40,644 nt of DNA from Dehalococcoidia bacterium (GCA_035292965.1 DATDPC010000111.1:1-40644); one strand, 5' to 3'. Positions 16,867 to 27,059 are shown, counted from the stretch's first letter. Numbers and translations: made by a program. The notes: generated from the sequence alone by a model not told the origin.

Positions 16867-18303
16867 CAGCGTCAACGGCCAACGTTTCGCGAGCGCGTAA
16901 GCGCCGCCGCCCGCGATTACGAAGAGCGCGACCGCCGCAAAGTAGACGTACGTCGCCGACCAATCGCCGTCGCCGATGCGCGCCGTTGGCGGCGATTCGG
17001 CGGCGTCCGCGGCCTGCGCTTCGGTTGCGCCGCCCGCGCCGGAGCCAAGCACCTGCGAGCGCGCCACGCCGGAGCCGGTGATCGCCGTCGGAGCGTTGTT
17101 GGCTGCGGATGCTTCGGCTTCGTCACTACCGGACGCCTGGGCAGAGGTTCGTGCCGGTGCATCGGCCGGCGCCGGCGCGAAGGCGAAGTCGTCGAGGTAG
17201 AGCGTCACCGTGGCCGCGCTAACGGGGTCGAGCATCGCGCGGAGGCGGGCGCTGCGCGCGCCCTCGGGCGCCTGCACCGCGCCCGTCGTTAGCGCGACGA
17301 AGCCGCCGCTCGCGCCTGAAACACTCGATGTCGAATCGACCTGGGCGATGGCGCTGCCGCCGCCATCGCTCGATGCGTACCAGGAGACGCGCAGGTAGGC
17401 GCTCTCGACGCCTGCATCGGTGCTTACGTGCCCGGAGAAGACGTAGGCCGCGCCCGCTTCGACGGTGACGACCTGATAGGCCCACTTCGTTGAGGCGGTG
17501 GTGCTGACGAACGCGGCAGCGCTCGTACCGCCGTGGTGCGGTTCGGCGACGGAGCGCAGCTCGCCGCCGAACTTCTGCCAGCCCGGCAGCCCGTCCTCGA
17601 AGCCGCCGTTGACCAGGCCCGCGCCGGCCTCTGCCGCGGAGGGCTTCGTCGTGCTCGCCGCCTTCGCGGTCGGGCTCGGCGAGGGCGTGGTGGTCGCGGG
17701 CTTTGTCGCCGTCGGCGATGGCGTCGCGGTCGCCTGTGGCGTCAGCGTCGCCGTGGGCGTCGGCGTGCTCGCCTGCTCTGCCGGCCCTTCGAGCGTCACA
17801 TCGTCGATGCAGACGCTGCCGGGACTCTGGGCTGGCAGGCCGAGCGTTAGCCTGACGCGGGCCGAGCCCTGCGGCGGGCCGAGGATGTCAGAAACTGTCG
17901 TGGTTATATAAGACCCGGTTCCGGGCGTTGGGTACATCGTCGCAACGCGCAGTTCGTGGCCATCGGCGGCGTACCAGGTCAGCTGGGCATTGAACTTGCC
18001 GGAGCCGCTCAACCGCAGGACCGAGACGGTGAGCCGGTAGTCGCCCTCCGGCCGATCACCCTCGAACTGGATGGCGATCTGTCCCGGCGCCCCTCCGGTG
18101 GAGGTCAGCTCCATGGCGTGGGCGCCCGAGTGCGCGGCGCAGCCATCGAGGCCGTAGTTCTGGCCGAACCAGCCGGAAGTATTCCCCTCGAAGCCTTCGA
18201 TGAGGATGTCTTCGGCAGAGACACCCGCGGGCAAGGCGGCGAGCAGGATCAAGAGGACGCCGATCGCAAAGGCGAGCCGAGGGCGAATACTGGCGGCGGC
18301 CAC
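16858..18303 (-). CDS. Membrane-anchored surface protein with two CBM_4_9-like carbohydrate-binding modules and a Pro/Thr linker
   Basis: 481 aa. Signal peptide, two GFE..W...IDDV/LDDF jelly-roll modules, TPTPTATLTPQATATPSPT linker, C-terminal TM plus basic tail. No catalytic domain. Confidence 0.75.
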   Translation of the reverse strand: MAAASIRPRLAFAIGVLLILLAALPAGVSAEDILIEGFEGNTSGWFGQNYGLDGCAAHSGAHAMELTSTGGAPGQIAIQFEGDRPEGDYRLTVSVLRLSGSGKFNAQLTWYAADGHELRVATMYPTPGTGSYITTTVSDILGPPQGSARVRLTLGLPAQSPGSVCIDDVTLEGPAEQASTPTPTATLTPQATATPSPTATKPATTTPSPSPTAKAASTTKPSAAEAGAGLVNGGFEDGLPGWQKFGGELRSVAEPHHGGTSAAAFVSTTASTKWAYQVVTVEAGAAYVFSGHVSTDAGVESAYLRVSWYASSDGGGSAIAQVDSTSSVSGASGGFVALTTGAVQAPEGARSARLRAMLDPVSAATVTLYLDDFAFAPAPADAPARTSAQASGSDEAEASAANNAPTAITGSGVARSQVLGSGAGGATEAQAADAAESPPTARIGDGDWSATYVYFAAVALFVIAGGGAYALAKRWPLTLRK

Positions 18304-18359
18304 AGCCTTCCTCCCGCCTGTGAGGCGATCCGACGTTCAGCGCGGGGAGGTTCGGTTCG

Positions 18360-18728
18360 CTAGCGGCGGAGTTGGATCTTGCGAACGTAGAGAACTTCGT
18401 CGACCGTCATCGTCTTCGGCAGCTCTTCGGACCGGGCGACGGCGCGGTCGCTACCGCCGATCAGGGCGCGACCGGCAGTGCGGGCGGCGGCGCGCGTCAT
18501 CGAGCCGGCGAAGCGGCGCGTGAGCCACTCGATGCCGGTGCCGACGGCGAGCACGGCAACGCTACCGATCAGCGACGGCGGGATCGAGACCTGTCGCGAC
18601 GGCGGGGCGGGAGCCGAAACGCTGCTGACGACGGGCAGGTTGACGGTGAGCTGGTGGCCGCACTGGCGGCAGAAGTTGTCCGTCGTTTCGCGGGTTACAC
18701 CGCAGCGGCCACAGCTCAGGGAGTTCAC
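18360..18728 (-). CDS. Zinc-ribbon membrane protein
   Basis: 122 aa. CGRCG...CRQCG zinc ribbon followed by one TM segment. Lies 56 nt upstream of the CBM gene on the same strand. Confidence 0.6.
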   Translation of the reverse strand: MNSLSCGRCGVTRETTDNFCRQCGHQLTVNLPVVSSVSAPAPPSRQVSIPPSLIGSVAVLAVGTGIEWLTRRFAGSMTRAAARTAGRALIGGSDRAVARSEELPKTMTVDEVLYVRKIQLRR

Positions 18729-18770
18729 GGCGCGGATTATACATCGCGTGTGTTACGAGTAATAGCGTCC

Positions 18771-18800
18771 TTGTTCGTCGCCGCGTGCGACTCATATAAT
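18771..18800 (+). promoter_or_regulatory. Candidate cmk promoter
   Basis: TTGTTC (18771-18776), 18 nt, TATAAT (18795-18800). The only canonical in-frame start (TTG 18809) is 8 nt downstream. Confidence 0.4.
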
Positions 18801-18808
18801 CGAGTCAG

Positions 18809-19534
18809 TTGAGTCCAGATGCGTCCCTCCACCAGCCTTCGCAACCTCACATAGCGAGTGGACGCACGCCTGCTTCCGTAGTCGCCATCGACGGGCCCGT
18901 CGCCTCTGGTAAGACGGCTGTTGGCCTACGCATCGCGCGCGAGCTGGGCTATCGTCTCGTCGATACCGGGATGATGTATCGCGCGCTCACCTGGCTAGCG
19001 CTGCAGCGTCGCGTCAGCGTCACGGACGAAGAAGCTCTGACGAAGCTCGCCGACGAGGCCGAGATCGAGCTCGGCCAGCCGACGCAGGATGGCCGCATGC
19101 GCATCCGCATCGACAGCTCCGACGTCACGTCTGAGCTGCGATCGCCCGGGGTCGATCGGAACGTCTCTTACGTCTCGATGCTGCCCGGCGTGCGCGAGGC
19201 GATGGTGCGGCGCCAGCGCGAGCTCGCCGCCGAAGGCAACCTCGTGATGCTCGGCCGCGACATCGGCAGCGTCGTTCTGCCGGACGCACCGGTGAAGATC
19301 TACCTCGACGCGTCGGCGCTGGAGCGCGCGAAGCGGCGGCATCGCGAGATGGAGGAAGGCGGCCTCGAGCGGCCGCTGGCGGACGTGCTGCGCGAGCTAG
19401 AGCAGCGCGACCAGATGGACCGCGAGCGCCACGCATCGCCGCTGAAGCCGGCAGAAGACGCCATCGTCATCGATACGGACGACCTGACGCTGGAGGAAGT
19501 GACGCAGCGCGTGCTCGCTGCGGCCGGCGCCTGA
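18809..19534 (+). CDS. cmk: Cytidylate kinase
   Basis: VVAIDGPVASGKTAVGLRIARELGYRLVDTGMMYRALT is the Cmk P-loop region. Start codon uncertain (TTG). Confidence 0.88.
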   Translation: MSPDASLHQPSQPHIASGRTPASVVAIDGPVASGKTAVGLRIARELGYRLVDTGMMYRALTWLALQRRVSVTDEEALTKLADEAEIELGQPTQDGRMRIRIDSSDVTSELRSPGVDRNVSYVSMLPGVREAMVRRQRELAAEGNLVMLGRDIGSVVLPDAPVKIYLDASALERAKRRHREMEEGGLERPLADVLRELEQRDQMDRERHASPLKPAEDAIVIDTDDLTLEEVTQRVLAAAGA

Positions 19535-19541
19535 GGCGACG

Positions 19542-20207
19542 ATGAATCTTGCCGTCTACTGGGGCGCCACCTGGTTCTCCAAGTTCGTTCTGCTCCCTCC
19601 CTACTGCAGCATCCGCGTCACGGGGCTCGAGAACGTGCCGCGCGAAGGGGCGATCGTCATCGCCTCCAATCATCTCAACGACGCCGACCCGGGCGTGATC
19701 TGCACGCGCTTCCCGCGCCACGTCGTCTACATGGCGAAGGATGAGCTGTTTCGCGTGCCGCTGCTGGGCTGGTTCCTCCGATCGATCGGCTCGTTCCCGG
19801 TGCGCCGCAACGAGGCTGACCTGACGGCCCTGCGCAAAGCGAACGAGGCGCTGGCGCAGGGCCTGGCCGTCTGCATCTTCCCGGAAGGGACGCGCTCCGC
19901 CGGAGGCGCAGCCCTGCTCGAGGGCTGGCCCGGCGCCGCGTTGATCGCGCTGCGCAACGACACACCCGTCCTGCCGATCGCGATCACGGGCAGCCAGCGC
20001 CTCTCGCTGCCGTTGATGTTCCTAAGACCCTACCGACGCGACAAGGTGACGTTGACGATCGGCAAGCCGTTTCATCTGCCGAAGCCGGCGCGCGTAAACG
20101 CGGAGTCGGCGAAGGAAGGGACGCGCATCATCATGGAGCACATCGCCGCGCTGTTGCCGGAGTCTTACCGCGGCTATTATGGATACATGGAACCGAGTAA
20201 CCAGTGA
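19542..20207 (+). CDS. plsC: 1-acyl-sn-glycerol-3-phosphate acyltransferase
   Basis: NHLNDAD (HX4D) and FPEGTRS motifs. Starts 7 nt after cmk. Confidence 0.85.
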   Translation: MNLAVYWGATWFSKFVLLPPYCSIRVTGLENVPREGAIVIASNHLNDADPGVICTRFPRHVVYMAKDELFRVPLLGWFLRSIGSFPVRRNEADLTALRKANEALAQGLAVCIFPEGTRSAGGAALLEGWPGAALIALRNDTPVLPIAITGSQRLSLPLMFLRPYRRDKVTLTIGKPFHLPKPARVNAESAKEGTRIIMEHIAALLPESYRGYYGYMEPSNQ

Positions 20208-20217
20208 TGATGCCGAC

Positions 20218-20257
20218 TTTGCCCGTTTGCCAGTTTGCCAGTTTGCCCGTTCGCGGT
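20218..20257. repeat. Tandem octamer array (TTTGCCMG)x4 plus one degenerate unit
   Basis: tttgcccg tttgccag tttgccag tttgcccg ttcgcggt, within the 62-nt plsC-ispH spacer. Confidence 0.85.
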
Positions 20258-20269
20258 GGGGGGGCGTAA

Positions 20270-21124
20270 GTGCAAATCATTCGCGCTTCCGAGATGGGCT
20301 TCTGCTTCGGCGTCCGGCGCGCCGTTGAGATGATGGAAGAGGCCGTGCGCGAGCGCGGATCGATGGTCAGCCTCGGCTCCGTCGTGCACAACCCGCAGGT
20401 CGTCGAGCGGCTGCGCAGCGAGGGCCTCGACGTGATCACGGACGTCTCGCGCGCCGGCGACAAGCCGGTTGCGATTTCAGCCCACGGCGTCGGCCCCGAT
20501 GTGATCGAGAGCCTCGAAGCGTCGGGCGTCGAGATCGTCGATACGACCTGCCCGATCGTGACGCGCTCGCAGCAGTGGGCGAAGCGTCTGTCAGAAGAAG
20601 GCTTCGCCGTGATCATCTTCGGCGACCCGAACCACAAAGAGGTCCGCGGCGTCCAGGGCTGGGCCAAGGGCCACATCCTCACCGTCCACCCGGAAGACGC
20701 AGTGCCGGGGCTGCCGGACGGCTTCCCCTCCCGCGTCGGCGTGCTCTCTCAGACGACCGAGACGGAGTCGCGCTTCGCCGATTTCGTGAAGCGGCTGCTC
20801 GAGGTCAACTTCGACCGCATCTCCGAGCTGCGCGTGCTCAACACGCTCTGCCACGCCACGACGGCGCAGCAGGCGGCGACGATGCACCTCGCCGGCGAGG
20901 TCGACCTGATGGTCGTCGTCGGCGGGCGCGAGAGCGCGAACACGCGCCACCTCGCTGTCGTAGCGCGCGAGTGCGGCGTCGAGACGCACCACGTCGAGAC
21001 GGCGGACGAGATCGAGAAGGCCTGGCTCACCGGCCACGAGAAGGTCGGCGTCACCGCCGGCGCCTCCACACCAGACTTCGTCATCGACGAGGTCGTCGCG
21101 CGATTAGAAGCGCTGTCTAACTGA
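20270..21124 (+). CDS. ispH: 4-hydroxy-3-methylbut-2-enyl diphosphate reductase
   Basis: GTG start. MGFCFGVRRAV, TTCPIVT, NTLCHAT (three Fe-S cysteines), GGRESANT. Confidence 0.92.
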   Translation: MQIIRASEMGFCFGVRRAVEMMEEAVRERGSMVSLGSVVHNPQVVERLRSEGLDVITDVSRAGDKPVAISAHGVGPDVIESLEASGVEIVDTTCPIVTRSQQWAKRLSEEGFAVIIFGDPNHKEVRGVQGWAKGHILTVHPEDAVPGLPDGFPSRVGVLSQTTETESRFADFVKRLLEVNFDRISELRVLNTLCHATTAQQAATMHLAGEVDLMVVVGGRESANTRHLAVVARECGVETHHVETADEIEKAWLTGHEKVGVTAGASTPDFVIDEVVARLEALSN

Positions 21125-21137
21125 CGCGGGCGTAGAA

Positions 21138-21265
21138 CCTCACCCCCTCAATCCCCCTCTCCGCACGCAGAGAGGGGGAAGCTCAAACGCCGCTATCTCA
21201 TCAAGCACGGAGCAGCGTAGATCCCTCTCCGTGGACGGAGAGGGATGGCGGCAGCCAGGGTGAGG
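21138..21265. repeat. Inverted pair of family-A elements
   Basis: cctcaccccctcaatccccctctccgcacgcagagaggggga (reverse copy) and tccctctccgtggacggagagggatggcggcagccagggtgagg (forward copy). Confidence 0.7.
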
Positions 21266-21304
21266 TCGCACGCCCGCCTTGATCATGACGCGCCACCCTG
21301 CCGG

Positions 21305-21313
21305 TGCTACACT
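21305..21313 (+). promoter_or_regulatory. Extended -10 element TGcTACACT upstream of the glmS ribozyme
   Basis: TGnTAnnnT lies about 50 nt upstream of the predicted ribozyme cleavage site. Confidence 0.4.
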
Positions 21314-21365
21314 GGCGCCGTATTTCAGTACGCGGAGGCGAATCGAACCAGGGCTGTCCCACGCA

Positions 21366-21512
21366 AGCGCCAGGTCCTTCACCGGCGAGGTGGAGGATGA
21401 CGAGGCAGAGGCTGTTCGAAATACTCGGCGGGGAGCCTCTCGGCTGCACGGTCGTTACGGACGGACAAAACGGCGGGCGCAAGCCCCCGACAAATCCGCC
21501 ACCGGTGTGCAA
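21366..21512 (+). ncRNA. glmS leader: glmS glucosamine-6-phosphate-activated ribozyme
   Basis: A/GCGCCAGG...CCGGCGAGGUGGAGGAUGACGAGGCAGAGGCUGUUCGAAAUACUCGGCGGGGAGCCUCUCGGCUGCACGG... matches the conserved glmS ribozyme core (AGCGCC, GACGAGG, GUUCGAAA, CUCGGCGG, CGGCUG). It lies directly 5' of glmS. Confidence 0.85.
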
Positions 21513-21627
21513 CGCCCCGATGTATCGGGGCGCTAACTCCTGACCAGCCCTCCCTTCATTCGCGAACCGCTTTGACCCGCGGCCGGTTCGGCGTGCCTGA
21601 CGCTGCGCCCGCCGGGTGGAGGCGCCC

Positions 21628-23469
<1,842 letters not shown>

Positions 23470-23686
23470 CGCGCCGAGTCCGCGTATACGCTCTCGCGAT
23501 ATGCCTGCAACATCGCGGCGAGATCGGCTGATACGCCGCCTTTATCTCCGGAGGCGCAGGCTGTAGCTGACGCGGCCAGGTCTCGTCAGCCCAGGCCCGG
23601 GCGGCCGAGAACCTCTCGGTTCTCGCTTCACCAAGCTCCTCCGCCTAGTCGCGCCACCCTGCGGCTGCCCGGGTCCTATATTTAAG

Positions 23687-23837
23687 CCGGGGGAGCTCCC
23701 CCGGGCCCCCTCGCTTCGCGGGGGGCGCTTCCGCTCCGGTCTGTGTTCCGAATCGGCAGCGTCTTTTTCGCGGGATGAAGACGTCGCGGAGCGGACGCGC
23801 CGCTCTTTAGCGGGGGTTCCGGGGGTCTCCCCCCCGG
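23687..23837. repeat. Family-C palindromes and other GC-rich hairpins
   Basis: ccgggggagctcccccgg (23687-23704) and ccgggggtctcccccccgg (23819-23837), the latter followed by ctttcaag as in the 16102 copy. Confidence 0.65.
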
Positions 23838-23852
23838 CTTTCAAGTCTTTGG

Positions 23853-24009
23853 CAGCTGTGGCGGACCTGTGCGAAACGTTGGGGAGGAGAACCATGGCCG
23901 CACAAGCCGGTCAGGACTGCGAAAAACAGCTAGATGTGGAGCCGGCGGGGCAATGATTGACTCCAATCTGCTGCCTGACCGAACGGCGACACTTCGGCCC
24001 GCCACAGCT
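23853..24009. other. 157-nt element with nested helices (candidate structured RNA or MITE); strand unknown
   Basis: Perfect 11-bp closing stem agctgtggcgg (23854-23864) / ccgccacagct (23999-24009). Internal helices tgtgcg/cgcaca, ggtcagg/cctgacc, and cagc.agat.tggag/ctccaatctgctg. Confidence 0.35.
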
Positions 24010-24062
24010 AGGCGCATCCTATCACATCTAGTCAAGCGTGTAACCGGTTTAGCGAAAAAAGC

Positions 24063-24120
24063 TTTTCAGCTTTTCAGCCGTCAGCCGTCAGCCTTCAGCC
24101 GTCAGCCTTCAGCCTTCAGC
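24063..24120. repeat. Tandem heptamer/octamer array of YKTCAGC units (8 units)
   Basis: ttttcagc ttttcagc cgtcagc cgtcagc cttcagc cgtcagc cttcagc cttcagc. Confidence 0.85.
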
Positions 24121-24130
24121 GCCCGACCAT

Positions 24131-24153
24131 GTCATTCCGACGAAGGAGGAATC
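24131..24153. repeat. Short hairpin motif gtcattccgacgaaggaggaatc
   Basis: ATTCC/GGAAT stem. Sits between the two TCAGC/GCTGA arms. Confidence 0.5.
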
Positions 24154-24227
24154 TAGCTGAATACTCAGGCGCGGCACCTGCAAGACGCTGCTGCAGAACC
24201 GGCCCGTCCGCGACGTGACCGCTGCGT

Positions 24228-24264
24228 CCTGATGGCTGATAGCTGACGACTGAAGGCTGATCGC
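24228..24264. repeat. Inverted-orientation GCTGA repeat arm
   Basis: cctgatggctgatagctgacgactgaaggctgatcgc is the reverse-complement type of the 24063-24120 array. Confidence 0.7.
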
Positions 24265-24279
24265 TCCCTCGCCTCGTCC

Positions 24280-24285
24280 TATACT
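24280..24285 (+). promoter_or_regulatory. Candidate -10 hexamer TATACT for xseA (very short leader)
   Basis: TATACT ends 10 nt before the ATG at 24296. No SD. Confidence 0.35.
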
Positions 24286-24295
24286 TCGATCACCG

Positions 24296-25567
24296 ATGCA
24301 GATCCTCACCGTCTCCCAGGCAATGACCTACCTCCGGGAGCTGATCGAGACCGACTCTCTCCTCGGCGACGTCTGGGTGTCCGGCGAGGTGTCGGGCCCG
24401 CGCACGCAGCCCTCCGGCCACACCTACTTCACGCTGAAGGACGAGGCGGGGCAGCTGCGCAGCGTCCTGTTTCGCTCCGCCATGCTCCGGCAGCGTGGGA
24501 TGGTCGACTACCTGGCGCAGGGCTCGCAGGTCATCGTCCACGGCCGGCTGACCGTCTACGAGGCGCGCGGCGAGCTCCAGATCGTCGTCGATTTCGTGCA
24601 GCCGGAGGGCGTTGGCCTGCACCACGCCCAGTTCGAGCGCCTGCGCGCCCAGCTCGAGGAGGAAGGCCTCTTCGACCCGGCGCGCAAGCGGCCGCTGCCG
24701 CGCTTCCCGCGTCGCATCGGCGTCGTCACGTCGCCGGCGGGCGCCGTGTTTCACGACATCTGCAACGTGCTGCGGCGCCGCTGGCCGCTCGCCGAGGTCT
24801 ATCTCGCGCCGACGCCGGTGCAGGGCCCCGAGGCGCCGCTGGGCGTCTGTGCCGCGATCGACCAGCTCAACGCCCGTGGCGACATCGACGTGATCATCGT
24901 GGCGCGCGGCGGCGGCTCCGTCGAAGAGCTGTGGACGTTCAACGAAGAGGCGGTGGCGCGCGGCGTCTTCCGTAGCGTCGTCCCCACCGTCAGCGCCGTC
25001 GGCCACGAAACTGACGTGACGCTCTGCGACTACGTCGCCGACCTGCGCGCGCCGACGCCATCGGCCGCAGCCGAGCTCGTCGCGCCGGACATGCAGCAGA
25101 TCAAAGCCGACGTCGCGGGTTATGTCTCGTGGGCGTTCACGGCGCTGCAGCAGGTCCTCGCCCGCGACCGCGCCGACGTGACGGCGCTCGCGGCCGGCGC
25201 CGAGCGCACCGCCGTCAACCTCACGCGCCTGCGCCAGCAGCTCGACGACATCGATCGCCGTGGCCTCGCCGCGTTCATGAGTGCGGACCATCAGCGCCGG
25301 GAGCAGATCAGCCGCTGCCGGGTGCAGCTCGCCGCGCTCGACCCCCAGGCGACGCTGAACCGCGGCTACGCCGTCGTGCACAAGGGCGGCAGTGTCGTCA
25401 GCAGCATCGCTGGCGTGACGACGGGAGACGAGCTCGTGATCAAGGTCGCGGACGGCGGCTTCGCGACGCGCGTCTCGTCCGGCGGCAAGCGCCGCGTCGC
25501 GAAGCCGAAGCGCGCGAACGGCAGCGCGCCGTCAGAGCCGGGCCTGCAGCCGCTTCTGTTTACGTAG
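24296..25567 (+). CDS. xseA: Exodeoxyribonuclease VII large subunit
   Basis: 423 aa. LTVSQAMTYLRELIE...VWVSGEVSG...GHTYFTLKDE (OB-fold N-terminus) and RGGGSVEELW. Confidence 0.92.
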   Translation: MQILTVSQAMTYLRELIETDSLLGDVWVSGEVSGPRTQPSGHTYFTLKDEAGQLRSVLFRSAMLRQRGMVDYLAQGSQVIVHGRLTVYEARGELQIVVDFVQPEGVGLHHAQFERLRAQLEEEGLFDPARKRPLPRFPRRIGVVTSPAGAVFHDICNVLRRRWPLAEVYLAPTPVQGPEAPLGVCAAIDQLNARGDIDVIIVARGGGSVEELWTFNEEAVARGVFRSVVPTVSAVGHETDVTLCDYVADLRAPTPSAAAELVAPDMQQIKADVAGYVSWAFTALQQVLARDRADVTALAAGAERTAVNLTRLRQQLDDIDRRGLAAFMSADHQRREQISRCRVQLAALDPQATLNRGYAVVHKGGSVVSSIAGVTTGDELVIKVADGGFATRVSSGGKRRVAKPKRANGSAPSEPGLQPLLFT

Positions 25568-25571
25568 GGTC

Positions 25572-27059
25572 TTAGGCCGCCGAAATCGCCGCCGAGGGTG
25601 CGTTCTGCTCGATGTCGTCGAGGAGGACGCGGAACCAGTCGCGTAGGTCGCGCGAGCGGACGACGGCGCGCAGGCGCTTCGCACGCTCGTGGCGCTCCTC
25701 GATCGGCATCATCAGCGCCTCATAGAGCGCGTTCGCGGTTCCCTTAACGTCCTTCGGGTCGATGCCGATCGCGGCGCAGCCGAGCTCGGCGTAGGCGCCG
25801 GCCGCCTTCGAGAGCACGAGCACGCCGTCGTGCATATTCACCATCGGCGCCTCTTTGGCGACGAGGTTCATGCCATCCGCTAGCGGGTTGACGAGCAGCA
25901 CGTCGGCCAGCGACATGGCGGCGAGGCCCTGGATCCGGTTGTGCTCGAAGAAGACGCGGATCGGCTTCCAGTGCAGGTTGCCAAAGCGGCGGTTGATCTC
26001 GCTGGCGAGCGAGTGCGTCTCGTACTGATAGCGCTGGTAGATCTCGATGTCAGACTTGGACGGCACCAGCTGGGCGATGAAGCTGACCTTGTCGCGCAGC
26101 TCCGGGTGTTTCTCGAGCAGCAGCGCGTACGCCTCGAAGCCGCGGACGACGTTCTTCGTCGGGTCGAGGCGGTCGACACGGACGATCGTCTTCTGGCCGC
26201 GCTCCGGTCGCAGCAGGTATCGGTAGCGCGAAAACTCAGGCGAAGCGGACGCCTCCTCGAGCTCCTCCGGGTCGACGGAGATGCCGTTCGCCCAGACGCG
26301 CGTCGTGTGGCCCTGGAACTCGACCGTGCCGGCCTCGATGTCGGTCACGGCGCCCGGGAGGAACCGCTCGCAGGTGGCGATGAAGTTGTGCGCCGAGCCG
26401 GGCGTCTGAAAGACGAGGCTGTCGTTCGCGGCAAGGCCGCCGCAAATCTCCGCCATCGTGTAGTTGCGCAGACGGGCCCACTCCTTCGGCTCCGGCCAGG
26501 GGATGTGGATGAAGTGCTGCAGGTAGACCTCGGGGCGCTGCTGTCGTACGAGCCTCGGCACGAGGTAGAAGTGATAATCGTGGATCACGATGGCGCGAAA
26601 CTCGCCCGTGTCCCACTCGTCGACGATCGCCTTGGCGAACGCCTTGTTCACCGGGATGTAGCCCTCGATGCGGCCGCGACGGCGTCGCTCCAGGGTGAGG
26701 TCTTTCGGCCAGGGCATACCGTGCTGGAGGAACCAGAGGACCTCGTTCGCGAAGGTGCCGTAGAACAGCTCGTACTGCTCCGGGTCCGTGAGGACGAAGT
26801 GCGCCGATCCGTTGTTCTCCGGCGGCGGCGCGATCTCTTTCGCGGCGATTGCGCGGTCGATGTCGGTGAGCGGGCTCGAGAGCCAGACGGCGGGGTGGAG
26901 CTGGGCGGCGACGCGCAGGGCGTTCGAAAGGCCGCCCGTACCGGCTTCGGCGACGATTTCGCCCGCGGCGTCACGGTGAAACTCAAAGGGGCCTCGGTTG
27001 CTGACGGTGAGGATCTTGCCGGCGGCGGCACGCTTGCGCCTCGTCATCGCCTGGGTCAC
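25572..27059 (-). CDS. otsA: Alpha,alpha-trehalose-phosphate synthase (GT20)
   Basis: 495 aa. VSNRGPFEF...GGLSNAL, IHDYHF, LVNPLADGMNLVAKE. Confidence 0.9.
   Translation of the reverse strand: MTQAMTRRKRAAAGKILTVSNRGPFEFHRDAAGEIVAEAGTGGLSNALRVAAQLHPAVWLSSPLTDIDRAIAAKEIAPPPENNGSAHFVLTDPEQYELFYGTFANEVLWFLQHGMPWPKDLTLERRRRGRIEGYIPVNKAFAKAIVDEWDTGEFRAIVIHDYHFYLVPRLVRQQRPEVYLQHFIHIPWPEPKEWARLRNYTMAEICGGLAANDSLVFQTPGSAHNFIATCERFLPGAVTDIEAGTVEFQGHTTRVWANGISVDPEELEEASASPEFSRYRYLLRPERGQKTIVRVDRLDPTKNVVRGFEAYALLLEKHPELRDKVSFIAQLVPSKSDIEIYQRYQYETHSLASEINRRFGNLHWKPIRVFFEHNRIQGLAAMSLADVLLVNPLADGMNLVAKEAPMVNMHDGVLVLSKAAGAYAELGCAAIGIDPKDVKGTANALYEALMMPIEERHERAKRLRAVVRSRDLRDWFRVLLDDIEQNAPSAAISAA

Noticed and set aside
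21616-21627. Upstream ATG (MEAPMCGIV...) as the glmS start.
   Set aside because: GlmS needs Cys as the first residue after Met removal. The ATG at 21628 gives MCGIVGY and has a well-spaced GGTGGAGG SD.
23905-23935. SRP (4.5S) RNA-like motif GGUCAGGACUGCGAAAAACAGC.
   Set aside because: It lacks the conserved GGAA tetraloop and AGCA symmetric-loop arrangement (CAGG-NCC-GGAA-GGN-AGCAGC). Only the GGUCAGG matches.
24063-24120. Possible CRISPR array.
   Set aside because: The units are 7-8 nt, directly tandem with no unique spacers, and no cas genes are nearby.
23542-24156. ORFs 23542..23895 (-) and 23869..24156 (+).
   Set aside because: They are translations of palindromic and tandem repeats (for example SRQPSAFSRQPSAFS). 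No RBS and low complexity.
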